From the human T2T-CHM13v2.0 reference genome, Homo sapiens, in the NCBI RefSeq assembly GCF_009914755.1, contig NC_060944.1: a stretch of DNA of 64,000 nt, one strand, 5' to 3'. Made by a program: the position numbers and the translations under genes. How positions within the stretch are numbered: the first letter of the stretch is position 1; every line of letters starts with the position of its first letter. The notes beneath the pieces are model-generated. The model searched no databases and was not told the DNA's origin. It was given only the letters and a program-made list of their open reading frames with translations. Positions 39,280-53,083 of the stretch are shown piece by piece.

Positions 39280-40245
39280 CTTCCCTATGACTGCTTTGAC
39301 AGGCTGCCATTAACTCTGTGGCTTAAAACTATGCATATTTATGATCTTACAATTCTGGAAGTCAGAAGTCAAAATAGGTCTACAGCAGCAGTCCCCAACC
39401 TTTTTGGAACCAGGGACTGGTTTTGTGGAAGACAATTTTTTCACAGACCAGGGATGGGCACGTTTTCGGGATGATCCAAGCGCATTACATTTATGGTTCA
39501 CTTTATTTCTATTATGATTACACTGTAACATATAATGAAATAACTATACAACTCACCCTCATGTAGAAATCAGTGGGAGCCTGAGCTTGTTTTCCTGCAG
39601 CTAGACGGGTCCCATCTGGGGGTGATGGGAGATGTGTCCGATCATCAGGCATTAGATTCTCATAAGGAGGACACCACCTAGATCCCCCACATGTGCAGTT
39701 CACAATAGGGTCTGCGCTCCTATGAGAATCTAATGCTGCTGCTAATCTGACAGGGTGGAGCTCAGGCAGTAATGTGAGCAATGGTGAGTGGCTGTAAATA
39801 CAGATGAAGCTTCACTCGCTTGCCCGCCGCTCACCTCCTGCTGTGCAGCCTGGTTACTAAAAGGCCACCGACCGGTACCAGTCCATGAAACAGGGGTTGG
39901 GGACCCTTGGCCTAGAGAATTGTGTTCCTTCTAGAGGTCCTCTCTGTTTTCTTATACTTTCCAGCTTCTAGAGACAGACTGCATTTATTGGCTCATGGTC
40001 CCTCCTTCCATCCTCAAAGCCAGCAGCATAGAATCTTCTCTTTACTTTGACCTCCTACTGTCCATTCATATAAAATCCCTCAAGGTTACCTTGGGTCCAT
40101 CCAGATAAGTGAGGAGAATCTCCCTGCCTAAAGATCCTTAATTTAATCACACATGCAAAGTTTCTTTGCCATGTGAAATAACACATTCCACTTTTGGGAA
40201 TGAGGATATAGACATCTTTGATGGGACATTATTTAACCCACCATC
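39280..40245 (-). mobile_element. MLT1 LTR, nested inside a MIR and split by MER1A
   Basis: tcttacaattctggaagtcagaagtc[MER1A]...ttccagcttctagag...aagatccttaatttaatcacacatgcaaag. Confidence 0.8.
39386..39909. mobile_element. MER1A hAT-Charlie element
   Basis: TIRs cagcagtccccaacc / ggggttggggacccttg; 8-bp TSD gtctacag / gcctagag. Confidence 0.9.
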
Positions 40246-40444
40246 ATGGAATTGTTATGAAGATTAAATATGTTGAGCACTTACAAGCATTCCTGGCACC
40301 TATGTAATCATTAATTAGGCATTAATAATTAATATTATGATTATCATTATTGTTATGTAGTGTTCATATTGAACCCATCAGAAAAAATGTTGCAGCCAGG
40401 TGTGGTTTGTAACTGAAGGAAACTTAGAAAAAGTTTAAGTAACT

Positions 40445-40772
40445 TAGAAAAAGGCTGTTGTATGTCCTTTGTCCCCCTTCAATTTCATTTCTTCCTCTTT
40501 CCTGCTGGCTGGGCAGTGGGTGTAATGGCTGGAGCTGGGGCTAACATTTTGTACCATGAGGCGGCCCAGGGAATGGAGGCCACTCATGGCAGATGAACAA
40601 AAATAAATAAATGTGGCACCATGAGGGCTTGGTAGAGCACAACCCCACACCCAACCTTGGATTGTCTACCTCAGCCTGTCACACAGGAGACAAAAATAAA
40701 TTTATACTGTGCTCAACCTCTTGTTATCTTGGGCCTGGGTCACTCACAGCAGAATGTAATCCTATGAATACT
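40445..40772 (+). mobile_element. Old MLT1/LTR33-like LTR fragment
   Basis: tgggtgtaatggctggagct...accatgagg...gagacaaaaataaattt...cagcagaatgtaatcct. Confidence 0.55.
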
Positions 40773-41259
40773 TTAATTTTAATCTGTTTCTCATCAATCA
40801 TAAGAGATGTCAAATGCACCAAGAGGCCACAGAATGAAATATGAAAACAGTCTGTGTCTGCAGAGCCAAAGGGCTTTGCTGTTTGCTTTTCAATATATGG
40901 GACTAAGAAGGGAGGTAATGTAATCATCCCAGCTTGTCTGAACTGAGGTTTCATTTATTTCTTCCTTTTCTTATCATATTTTTAAATGACATGGTTCTTG
41001 ATGCAGCAAAAACAACATGAAAAGAAGATCAAACTCAGGCTATAAAGTCATGTGTGGAAGGAAATGACGAGCTCAGGTGGAAAGGACTCTGTGACCTCTT
41101 TGAGCCCACATCCCTCACCTTTCCTCCTTGGCCTCTGTTCTTCTAGTTCTGTGCACATAACAGCTCCTCTGGGCTGCCTCCCCTGGTCCCCTGAGGGACC
41201 AATGATTCTACGTGCATTATTCAGTGTCTTTCATTACGTTGTCAACATCTACAGACATG

Positions 41260-41955
41260 TTGTGGACACTTTGTGTTTTCTTTCCCAATATCCATTCTTC
41301 CCTCTTCTGACAATAATATTTGGGGCTCCTTCTCTCCCTGTTCCCCAATTCATGTGATCAAGAGGTGCCTTTTTCCTAACCTTTAGAGATAAAAGCCTGT
41401 CCTGGGCAAACACAGTAATTCATGCCTACGATTCCAGCACTTAAGGAGGCTGAAGTGGAAGAATCGCTTGAAGCCAGGAATTCCAGGCTGCAGTGAACCA
41501 CAATCATGCCACTGCACTCCAGCCTGGGTGACAGAGAAAGACTCCATCTCTAAAAAATTTTAAAAATTTTTTTAAAAGCCTGTCCCTGTATCATATTCTC
41601 TGGGCCACAGTGATTGAGTCAGTGGCTGTCACATTACCCAAGCTGGTCCCATCAGGGCAAGTCTTAAGACTTTTATGGAAGATTTCAGGAGAGACTTTGA
41701 GGGGTGGGAGAGGAGGATCAGGCTGATCCTGAGGCAGCTTGATTAAGCCTGAGGGGAAAACCGGAAGTTTCCAGAATTTCTGAGAACAAGGAAGAAACCT
41801 TGGGCTAAAGGTATTAGTTGAGTCCCTAGATTGAGCCATGCCTAACTCAGATTTACTTCCCAACCCTATATTTTAGTATGTCATGAAATGCCTCATTTGT
41901 TGAAACAACTCCAACCTAGGGTTTCTGTCACTTGCAGTAGAAACAGTCATACGGA
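41260..41955 (+). mobile_element. Old MLT1K-like LTR hosting an Alu monomer
   Basis: ctctgggccacagtgattg...ttgagtccctagattgagccatgccta...gggtttctgtcacttgca. Confidence 0.55.
41403..41572 (+). mobile_element. Alu monomer (FRAM/FAM-like)
   Basis: Single arm with perfect 13-bp TSD taaaagcctgtcc (41390-41402 / 41573-41585). Confidence 0.88.
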
Positions 41956-41959
41956 TGGC

Positions 41960-43088
41960 CTGAATGCAGATCTCCCAGAAGCAGCCCTAAGAAAGAATTT
42001 GAGTGCAGTGGGTTGATTTGGGAGGCAATGTCAGGAAGCACCAGGAGGGGAATTGAAGCAAGAGAAGGAAGGAAGTCAGTACAGAGTGAGGACCCGAGGA
42101 GAAGGAAGGAAGTCAGTACAGAGTGAGTATCTGAGGAGAAGGAAGGAAGTCAGTACGGAGTGAGGACCCGAGGAGAAGGAAGGAAGTCAGTACAGAGCGA
42201 GTATCTGAGGAGAAGGAAGGAAGTCAGTACAGAGCGAGTATCTGAGGAGAAGGAAGGAAGTCAGTACAGAGTGAGGACCTGAGGAGAAGGAAGGGAGTCA
42301 GTACAGAGCGAGTATCTGAGGAGAAGGAAGGAAGTCAGTACGGAGTGAAGACCCGAGGAGAAGGAAGGAAGTCAGTACAGAGCAAGTATCTGAGGAGAAG
42401 GAAGTCACTATACAGTGAGGACCCGAGGAGAAGGAAGGAAGTCAGTACAGAGTGAGTATCTGAGGAGAAGGAAGGAAGTCAGTACGGAGTGAAGACCCGA
42501 GGAGAAGGAAGGAAGTCAGTACAGAGCAAGTATCTGAGGAGAAGGAAGTCACTATACAGTGAGGACCCGAGGAGAAGGAAGGAAGTCAGTACAGAGTGAG
42601 TATCTGAGGAGAAGGAAGTCAGTAGAGAGTGAGTATCTGAGGAGAAGGAAGGAAGTCAGTACAGAGTGAAGACCCGAGAAGAAGGAAGGAAGTCAGTACA
42701 GAGTGAGTATCTGAAGAGAAGGAAAGAAGTCAGTAGAGAGTATCTGAGGAGAAGGAAAGAAGTCAGTACAGAGCAAGTATCTGAGGAGAAGAAAGGAAGT
42801 CAGTACAGACCGAGGACCCAAGGAGGTTCTGATCTGGGCCACTAGGGCTTCCTCCCACTGGGGGCCTCTTGAAGAGCTGGGCTGTTTGTGCACTGACTCC
42901 TGTCTGTCGCTGGTTGTGGAAGGTTCCTAGAGTCATAACTGCCTGACCCTTCCCCCTACATGGGCTGAGCATGCCCCAGCAGCCAGAGAAAGCCCCTGGC
43001 CCACAGTTGGAGGGGCTGGTTATAGGAAGCCGTTGCATAGATGTAAACCAGGAGCCTAAGGACCAGGCACAAAAGCCTCTGTCACACT
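41960..43088 (-). mobile_element. LTR16-family ERVL LTR hosting the 37-bp minisatellite
   Basis: cccagaagcagccctaagaaagaatttgagtgcag...tttgggagg...caggaagcacc upstream of the array; LTR16-like sequence resumes after 42820. Confidence 0.6.
42062..42819 (+). repeat. 37-bp minisatellite (VNTR-like), 21 units
   Basis: Unit gaggagaaggaaggaagtcagtacagagtg(aggaccc|agtatct); four internal 33-bp variants; parsed unit by unit. Confidence 0.97.
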
Positions 43089-43126
43089 GTCCCTGCAGCT
43101 GGGGTGAGTCTGCGAGTAGCTAAAAC

Positions 43127-43731
43127 TGTTACAGGAAAGGAGTACCAATCCAGACCCCAAGAGAGGGTTCTTGGATCTCACACAAGAAAGAATTCAGGGC
43201 AAGTCCACAGAGTAAAGTGAAAGCAAGTTTATTAGAAAAGTAAAGGAATAAAAGAATGGCTAGTCCGCAGACAGAGCAGCCCTGAGGGTGGGCCCATTTT
43301 TATGGTTATTTCTTGGTGATATGCCAAACAAGGGGCGGATTATTCATGCCTCCTATTTTTAGACCATATAGGGTAACTTCCTGACGTTGCCATGGCATTT
43401 GTAAACTGTCATGGTGCTGGGGGGAGTGTAGCAGTGAGGACAACCAGAGGTCACTCTCGTGGCCATTTTGGTTTTGGTGGGCTTTGGCTGGCTTCTCTAC
43501 TGCAGCCTGTTTTATCAGCGAGGTCTTTATGACCTGTATCTCGTGCCAACCTTCTCATCCTGTGACTTAGAATGCCTGTCTGGGAATGCCCTTTATGACC
43601 TGTATCTCGTGCCAACCTTCTCATCCTGTGACTTAGAGTGCCTGTCTGGGAATGCAGCCCAGTAGATCTCAGCCTCATTTTACCCAGCTCCTATTTAAGA
43701 TGGAGCTGCTCCGGTTTACATGCTTCCTACA
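43127..43731 (-). mobile_element. MER41A ERV1 solo LTR with internal 66-bp tandem duplication
   Basis: tgttacaggaaagg...ccagaccccaagagagggttcttggatctc; 4-bp TSD AAAC (43123-43126 / 43732-43735); lacks the MER41B GAS block (reads attattcatgcctcc...agaccatatagg). Confidence 0.9.
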
Positions 43732-44019
43732 AAACCAGGCTTGGCTTTATTTTCACCTCCACATTCCCAGCGTGTCTGCTGACTAAATGGATGAATCCAT
43801 CTTTGGAGTTTTTTTTACCCTTGGAGGGTAGGAGGAATTTTTCAGCCGGTGGGTTCAGCAGGAGCTACAGTGACTGAATGGCCCCTAAAAAGTAGCAAAT
43901 GTCTGAGTTGCCATTTGTTGAAGGTTCATGGAAATGCCAAGTCCAAGTGGCAATTAGCATGAGTCTGTGGGATTTCCCGCCTGAAAAGCAAATGAAGGAT
44001 TTCTTCTATTCTTCTGAAT

Positions 44020-44871
44020 TGTAAACCAAGAATAAAATTCTAAGCCCCCCAAGCAACTGAATGGACCCCTCCTGTCAGCCAAGGGTACCCTAAATCAACC
44101 TGAAACACTAGTTCAAGCCACGATGGGAATGGATGGTCAGACAGGCCTCATTACACCTCGTCCTTTTGCAGTTGAGGCACAGCTGACCAGCATTAACATT
44201 AAAACAGAGTCCTAAAGACTGACAATAGACTTTTTATAGCAATAAGATACCAACATGACAGCGGGCTCTGAAAGAAATTGAAGTATTTTACCCTAAAATA
44301 TATTTCTTTGACATATTGTGAAATAGCCCTGATAAGAAACATGTATTAGGTTGGTGCAAAAGTAATTGCGGTTTTTGCCATTTAAAGTAATGGTATTAAA
44401 AGTAATTGTAATGCCATTAAAAGTAATACAATCTCTTCTCTCTAAAGCCAGCTACTTGGAGGCTTCATCTGTGTAATAAGAACCTCAGTCACCACAGCCC
44501 CTTATCTTAACCCAGACACTCCTTTCTATTGATTCCGAGACTTTAGGTAACCACTTAACTCTTTCAACCAATTGCCAATCAGAAAATCTTTGAATCCACC
44601 TATGTCCTGGAAGCACCCCACTTTGAGTTGTCCCACCTTTTTGAACCAAACCAGTGTACATCTTACATGTATCGATTGATGTCTTATGTCTCTCTAACAT
44701 GTATAAAACCAAGCTATAGTCTGACCCCCTTGGGCACGTGTTCTCAGGCTCTCCTGGGGCTTTGTCATGGGTCATGGTCACTCAAATCTGAATGTGACCA
44801 TGGATCGTGGTCACTCACATCAGAATAAATCTCTCCAAATACTTGACAGGGGTTGATTGTTTTCATCAACG
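44020..44871 (+). mobile_element. MER4-family (MER4D/E-like) ERV1 solo LTR
   Basis: tgtaaaccaagaataaaattctaagcccccc...aaccaattgccaatcagaaaatctttgaatccacctat...cagaataaatctctccaaata. Confidence 0.82.
44346..44428. mobile_element. MADE1 half element inside the MER4 LTR
   Basis: TA + ttaggttggtgcaaaagtaattgcggtttttgccatt; second TIR absent. Confidence 0.88.
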
Positions 44872-45131
44872 ATAATAGAAGATAGTTTCATTTAAGGAAA
44901 GCTTTGAAAGTCAACAAAACTCCAGGCATTTCTTTTAAGGGCGCCCCCGCCCACCACCCTTTGTTTTTCCCTTCACAGATAAAAACAGGGAGTTCCCTCC
45001 CAAGCAACAAGGCTCTTGAAGTGGAGTGGGGATGAAGGGGCACTTCGTCTCAACAGGGCCTCCCTTGGAGAATTTAATGTCTGCTGGATGCTCCCTTGAA
45101 AAGAAATAAACCTCATATGCCAAATATTTAG

Positions 45132-45506
<375 letters not shown>

Positions 45507-47016
45507 TGAATGTCATTTGGTCTAACCGCCAATTCACTCATTCAACAAGTATTTATTGAGCACCTGCTATGCATCAAGTATAGAATCTAAGCACCACAGA
45601 ACTTACATCCTAGTGGAGAAAATAACGATAGTCAACACTTACAAGGTACTTACCATACGTCATGCGCTGTTCTAAGTTCTAGTTTGTGTGGTTTTCATCC
45701 TTTGCACATCTTTGAGGAACTTTGTCTTGGAGGAGGAAAGATCCATTCAACACTACATTAAATCCATTTGGCATCCTGACCAATTCAGCCCAGCACACAC
45801 AGGAAATGCGCTTATGTGCTGCCCAAGACATCTCTGTGACTGCACAGGTGTGGGGTGTCATTGATGGTGCAGCCAGCATCCAACCCCCAACCCCATCCTC
45901 CTTCCCAAGAGTCCTGGACTTGTTTACGAGCCTCCTGCTCCCCTCTGCATCTCATGGGCCTCGGAGATGCTGACTGCGCTCCAGCTATGGAGCTGCTCAA
46001 ATTTAATCCCATCTTCCTGGACTGTGATTGAGTCAAGGGTGAACAGGATACCCACCTGAGCCAAGGGTGTTCTAGGAGGTGTCTGCTGGATCCTTGCAAG
46101 CAATGCCTTCCTTGCACTTTTGGGAGACATTCCAGAAATGACCCCGTTACTCCTGCTGGACGGGAACAGAGGTCAAACAGGAAGCAGGCAGACTGTGGGC
46201 AGCAGACCAGAAAGATGGAAAACCTCTGGGCCCTCAAGGACATCTTCAGGTAGCTGAATGAACCAAGCTTGCAGCCCACCCTGCCTTAATGGTCGAGATA
46301 CACAAGCCAGCACACTACGTTACAGATGGAGCCTCTGTGCAATGTGGGCTCTGTGAGTGCAGGCAAAGCTATCTTGATTCATAATTCATCCCATTTACGG
46401 TGTTGACAGAGGGCTTTGAGCTGATGTTTTACAGTTTGTTGTGGTTATCATTGTTCATTTTCTTACTCTTTGCTTTTTACCCTCAGACCATGGTTGAAAT
46501 TTTATTTTACCAAGAATATTCAGACCACTGTTATAGCCATGAATGTCATATAAGGGGAACACTAGATTTTAAAATAGAGGTGATTTTTTAATGATCACAA
46601 GTGGGTTGGAGTTTGAAACATAACATGATTATTAATTGATGAATTTTAAAACTCACAAGTGCTTCCTCAGGTGATAAACCAAGATGATTTGTACCTAAGA
46701 CCAGACTTTCTCTGGCTCTATGGGCAACTAAGTTACTTAAAAGTGTCTCTTTTTTTCTGGGACCTTTTTGTTTTGGAATTTTTAAAAGGCTTAATTTTTT
46801 TTTAGAGCGGTGTTTAGGTTTACACAAAAATGGAACAGAAGGAGCACACCCCCACCTCTCCCCCAGGGTGACACAGTGACCAGGCTTCTTCCCACCTGTG
46901 GCCCTCCCATCTACAGCACAGGCCTCTCACAGTGGCCCAGGGGACAGTCTCCAGTCCACTCAGTCATCTTCAGCATGCACCTCTGTGGGGTAAGCTTGAT
47001 TCACCAATATCTCTAA

Positions 47017-47340
<324 letters not shown>

Positions 47341-47519
47341 CACATTTTACATTTGATCATTGTTTGTGTATGTACAACATGAATGAATGACGGTTGCATG
47401 GAGAGACAGAGAGACTGAGGAAAATACAGCTCAGCCGTCCAAATACATTACCTCCCACATTTTTTAAAATCTGTTAAACTTCCTCTGACCCCCTCCCAAG
47501 TACCGTGATGTGATGGAGA

Positions 47520-48740
47520 CAATGTCATCAGTGGCTTACTCCTGAGACCCAGACCAACAGGGAACTCCTCGGAGAGATTTTGATGCTCCACATTTTAACT
47601 ACATTCCTATTTCCTACCAATTTCTCAATATAATTCCCAATGTAATTTATGTAGATTTTTTTTTTAAAGAAAATATGGCCTTGGTGGGAATGCTGGTCTT
47701 GCAGCTGCTTCCTCCCATGTATTCCACCCATGCACACAGCCCTAGACTCACTCCAGCTAGGAAGGAGGCTGCGTTCAATATAAATGCAAAACGCTCCAGA
47801 CATTCATGATTATCTGTGCTGTGCATGAATAACGACAGCAGCTTGCAAGTGGGCAGGACTTGGCGGCGAGGCCCCATCACAAATCCACTGCCACACCAAC
47901 ACGCTCCAACGAAGTGCCTGTGAAATCTGCCTTCAGTCACTAATTTCACACTCCAGGGACAGAGCTGAGAACAGCTCCGAGCTCATAATTCTCATTTTAA
48001 TAACAGTTTCCTTAACCTTCAGACACTCTTTACAGCACTTTTTGACACCTTTTCAAAAATTAAAATCCTCGATTCCTTTCAGGTTAAATCTCAGGTTTGC
48101 TTTCGTTTAATCATCCCTTTAATTTTGTGACTTCACAAATAGCAGAGATTTTATTTTGTCTTCAGATACCTTGCAACACTTTCTCTAGCTTGGTTGCATT
48201 TTTAAAAATCAAAATGAATCGTTCACATATTCTACATTCATTATTCTGTCTCCTGCAGCGTTCTAAATAATGTAGGTATTGTAGATGCTTCTGTGATGAG
48301 CACGGAACGCATTTGCAATGCCCTGCTAAAATATGCTTTTCATCTCCTTTCAGATCATAAAATGAGTTTTCTTCTCTTGGTTTCTGAAGGCCTGAGAAAT
48401 ACTCTTCTCTTCTGGAATGTATTGCAAGACACAGGGGAGGGTCCTTTGGGACAGAGGATAAGATGAGTCTGATTAACTGGACCAATGAAATTGACAGACG
48501 AGCAGGCATGGCTCCAAAGTGGGAAACTTACAAGAATTTTGGTGACTGGATTTATGAACCCCAAAGAGGTTTGTACCTGGAATTATGGTTTGATTGTTTC
48601 TGTGGTCAGCTGACTTGGTTGTACTTTCCCATCAGTGACTCAGCCCAGGTGAGACAACTATTCAGATGCAAGAATATTATGATAGTATGGCTCAGTGGCT
48701 ATATACAAATTGCACTGGTTTGTTACTTAAATTGGCTTGT
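47520..48740. promoter_or_regulatory. Repeat-free island, candidate regulatory element
   Basis: About 1.2 kb with no recognisable repeat and retained CpGs; RUNX-like TGTGGT 48601, palindrome GTCAGCTGAC 48605-48614, TGACTCAGC 48636-48644. Confidence 0.3.
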
Positions 48741-48743
48741 TAG

Positions 48744-49044
<301 letters not shown>

Positions 49045-49149
49045 AGAATTCTTTTAATAAGCTATGGTTCACATGGTTGTACATTTTAAAATGAGATTTG
49101 ACATCAAGAAAATAATAAATTAATCCTAATTTTGAGTTCCTAGTGCAAG

Positions 49150-49510
49150 TCTCTCCAGTTCTCAGAGACTCTAGGGGAAAATGCATTCCTTGCTTCCTCT
49201 AGCTGCAGGTGGCCGTTGGCATTCCTTGGCTTGTGGCCACATCCCTTCAATCTCTACCTTTGTGGTCACATTGCCTCCTCCTCTTGTGACCAGCTGTCTG
49301 ATCTCCCTCTGTCTTTCTCTTGTAAGGACATGTGTGCTAGCACTTACAGCCTGCCTGGATAGTTCAGAATCAACTCCCCAAGATTCTTAACTTAATCACA
49401 CTATTTGCCACATAAGGTAATGGTCACTCTTTTGCCATACAAGGTGATATTTTAGGCTCCAAGCATTAGGATGTGGACATGTCTTTTTAGGGGCTACTGC
49501 TGAAGTCACT
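49150..49510 (-). mobile_element. MLT1 LTR fragment
   Basis: ggcattccttggcttgtggccacat...tcttaacttaatcaca...attaggatgtggacatgtcttt. Confidence 0.75.
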
Positions 49511-49611
49511 GCAAGGTCCTAACTCTTTTCCTCTTTTGAGATGGTGAAAAAGGATTTCCTTTGTAGAGGGGGACAATCTGGGGTGTTATGTTAGTTTCCT
49601 ATTTGCTGTCA

Positions 49612-49940
<329 letters not shown>

Positions 49941-51065
49941 AAAAATTACCACAAATTCAGCAGCCCTGTTTTTTCTTGGCATATTCCTCTCATCACGTTC
50001 TAGCTTTCTGTCTATCCAAGCAGTAATGATCCCAACAATTCTTCTTTCCTATCCTATTGGATTCTCCTCCCATTCCACATTTCCACACCTCTGCTAAAGC
50101 ACATTCCTTGCCACTCTGCTGACTATTGCAAACCCCAACCCAACCCTGACTCTGTCTCCTCTGCCAAGCCCCCATGAGGTTTGCTCTTCTGCTGTGGAGT
50201 TCACTAAAACAACAGCATTTTCCAGCATGTTCCTTCCCTTGATCAAAAGCCTTCCATGCCTCTCCTCACCCCAGCAATCTGGCCCAAAGCAGACCCTGAG
50301 AATACACAAGATGATTTCCAGGATAACCCAGATGAACATCTTTTTAAAGGCCCATGTTTATTTTATCAGTTTCAGGGTAAAGAGTAGTCGGAAAATGAAA
50401 CTCATGTCTTCACAAATATTTATGCTTAGGATGCAGCTGTAGGTGAAGTAAAGAAAATGGAATCCATTCAAATAAATATAATAAGTAAATTAATATCCAA
50501 ATGGAAGGCAGGTAGGGACAAATGATGGTGGTAGTAAACGGATTATTAAAGTCTGAAAAGTCCTGACCCACAGGATAAATTCTAAATTAGTTTGGAAAAA
50601 AAAGAATATTGACTCTCTGAGCCAGTCTTGCTCCCAGCATGACTACTATCTAAAACATCCATATTTTTGCCAGACGTTTTCTCAGCATCCCCTGAACTAA
50701 CCACCTCATGCTCATGGGTTTCTCCCACCTGCCATGTCCCCCACCCCTCATCTTGCTCGTGTGAATCCTTTGAGACCCAGCTCATGCTTTACCCCCTCCA
50801 AGAAGCCTTCCCTGCATGCCAGCTCCTCTGAGATCTTTTCCTCTCCTGGCTGCCTATGGTGCCTATCGCTTGAATGTCTCCTTTGTGCTTTCTCCACAAC
50901 CCATCTGGTGCTTTCTCCCTGAGTGATGTCCCTAAAATACAGACACTGCCTCTCACCAGAGACCATCAGAGGGCATTGTTTTTAGAAGGCTTGGGATTTT
51001 AGTTGCAAAGATACCCCCTACCCATCCTAAAGGTGCAAATTCTCTTTTGGGCAAAAAGCCCCTTA

Positions 51066-51514
<449 letters not shown>

Positions 51515-51916
51515 CTACACACACACACAGGCAAGTCCCTCTCTGTTTGCTGGTCCAGTTTTACATCCTGACAGTAACAGATCCCAGGTTATTTTTCCCA
51601 CTAGCTTTTATTGACCTGAATTGGATCATGTGATGGTTAGTGAGTCACTCTGGCCAAGGAGAAGTGGGGAGTAGAATATACTGATTGGCCAGACCTGGAT
51701 CATTGGATCATGAGCCTATATCTGGAACTGGAGAGGAGTAGGGCCAATTCTTCCATATAGAGTGAAGGGGCAATAGGAGAGGTCGCCAAAAATAAAATCA
51801 GGACCGGGCTTCCAGGAGAAGAAGGAACAGATGCTCTGCAGACAGAAGCGACAGCTGACCCCATGACATTCTGTGAATGAGACAGGTAGGAAACTTGTGT
51901 ATTCAACACACTGTAG

Positions 51917-52254
51917 CAGGAGTCCCCAACCCCTGGGCCACGGGCCAGTACCAGTCCATGGCCTGTTAGGAACAGGGCTACACAGCAGGAGGTGAGTGGC
52001 GGGCCAGTGAGCATTACCACCTGACCTCTGCCTCCTGTCAGATCAGCGGCGGCATTAAATGCTCATAGGAACGTGAACCCTATTGTGAATTGCGCAAGCG
52101 AGGGATCTAGGTTGTGTCCTCCTTAGAAGAACCTAATGCCTGATGATCTGAGGTGGAACAGTTTCATCCTGAAACTATCCCCCCTACTCCAGTCCATGGA
52201 AAAATTGTCTTCCATGAAACTGGTCCTTGGTGCCAAAAAAGTTGAGGACCGCTG
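51917..52254. mobile_element. MER1B hAT-Charlie element
   Basis: TIRs caggagtccccaacc / gttgaggaccgctg; internal tgatgatctgaggtggaacagtttcatcctgaaac. Confidence 0.9.
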
Positions 52255-52289
52255 TACTATGGGAAAGAAGACAATGACATTAGAGGCAG

Positions 52290-52760
52290 GGAAAAAATAC
52301 GATTATGAGGAAGTCGGTGGGGCTGGTATTTGTGGGTATCTTGTTATTGTTGTTTGATTGAGAAAAGAATTGTAAAGATGCGTAACACGTCAATGCTTTG
52401 AAAAAGAGGAAAGTGTTTTGTGAGGTGTAATGTATTATGCAAACAAAAGGCAACGTGGAAATTACCACTGAAGACCGAAGATAGTAAATCCTTATTCCCT
52501 CGGGATCTCTGGTTTTTATAGAGAGATTAGGTTTTGTTTACCTGTTTTAAATATTAAACTTTCAGTTTTGTGCCTTAGTTCTTTAAGAGAAAGAATGTAT
52601 GTCTTTATATAATGTGGATCATCAGCTCCATTTGATCTAAAGCTAAAGCTCTCTCTAAATCTTTTATCTGACTCAGGGCTTTGCTGATGTGTCTGCACTT
52701 AGCCTCTGTTAAGTAAAGAACGGTGCCACAGACGGAAACTGGCTACAGAGAACAGGCTCC
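52290..52760. promoter_or_regulatory. Repeat-free, motif-dense candidate enhancer
   Basis: GAGGAAGT, ATTGTT, ACGTCA, TTATGCAAACAAAAG 52435-52449, TGTTTAC 52535-52541. Confidence 0.3.
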
Positions 52761-53083
52761 TTGGGGTGTCCATGAGAAAATTCTCCTATCCCCTGATAAT
52801 AAGAGTGGATCAAAAAAGGAGAGAAAGGATTAAGAAGCAAAAACCTCATTGTGGCTGCAGGAAGCAAATATCACTATTCCCCTCTCTTTCTACTCCCCTC
52901 TCTTTCTGTCCCAGTCAACAGTTTGTGAAATTTCTCCATGTTCCCACCACACTCCCCACTCCATATACCCCAGGAACGCTGGCCTCAGTTCTGGTCCTTC
53001 GAAGATTCTGGTCCTAGTAGATTGAAATTCCTTGAAACAGATGAACCTCATCTAGGTTGTTCACTGCTGTTTGCTTATAACCT

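Noticed and set aside
42062-42819. CRISPR-like periodic array
   Set aside because: The units are contiguous with no unique spacers, there are no cas genes, and the context is primate; this is a minisatellite
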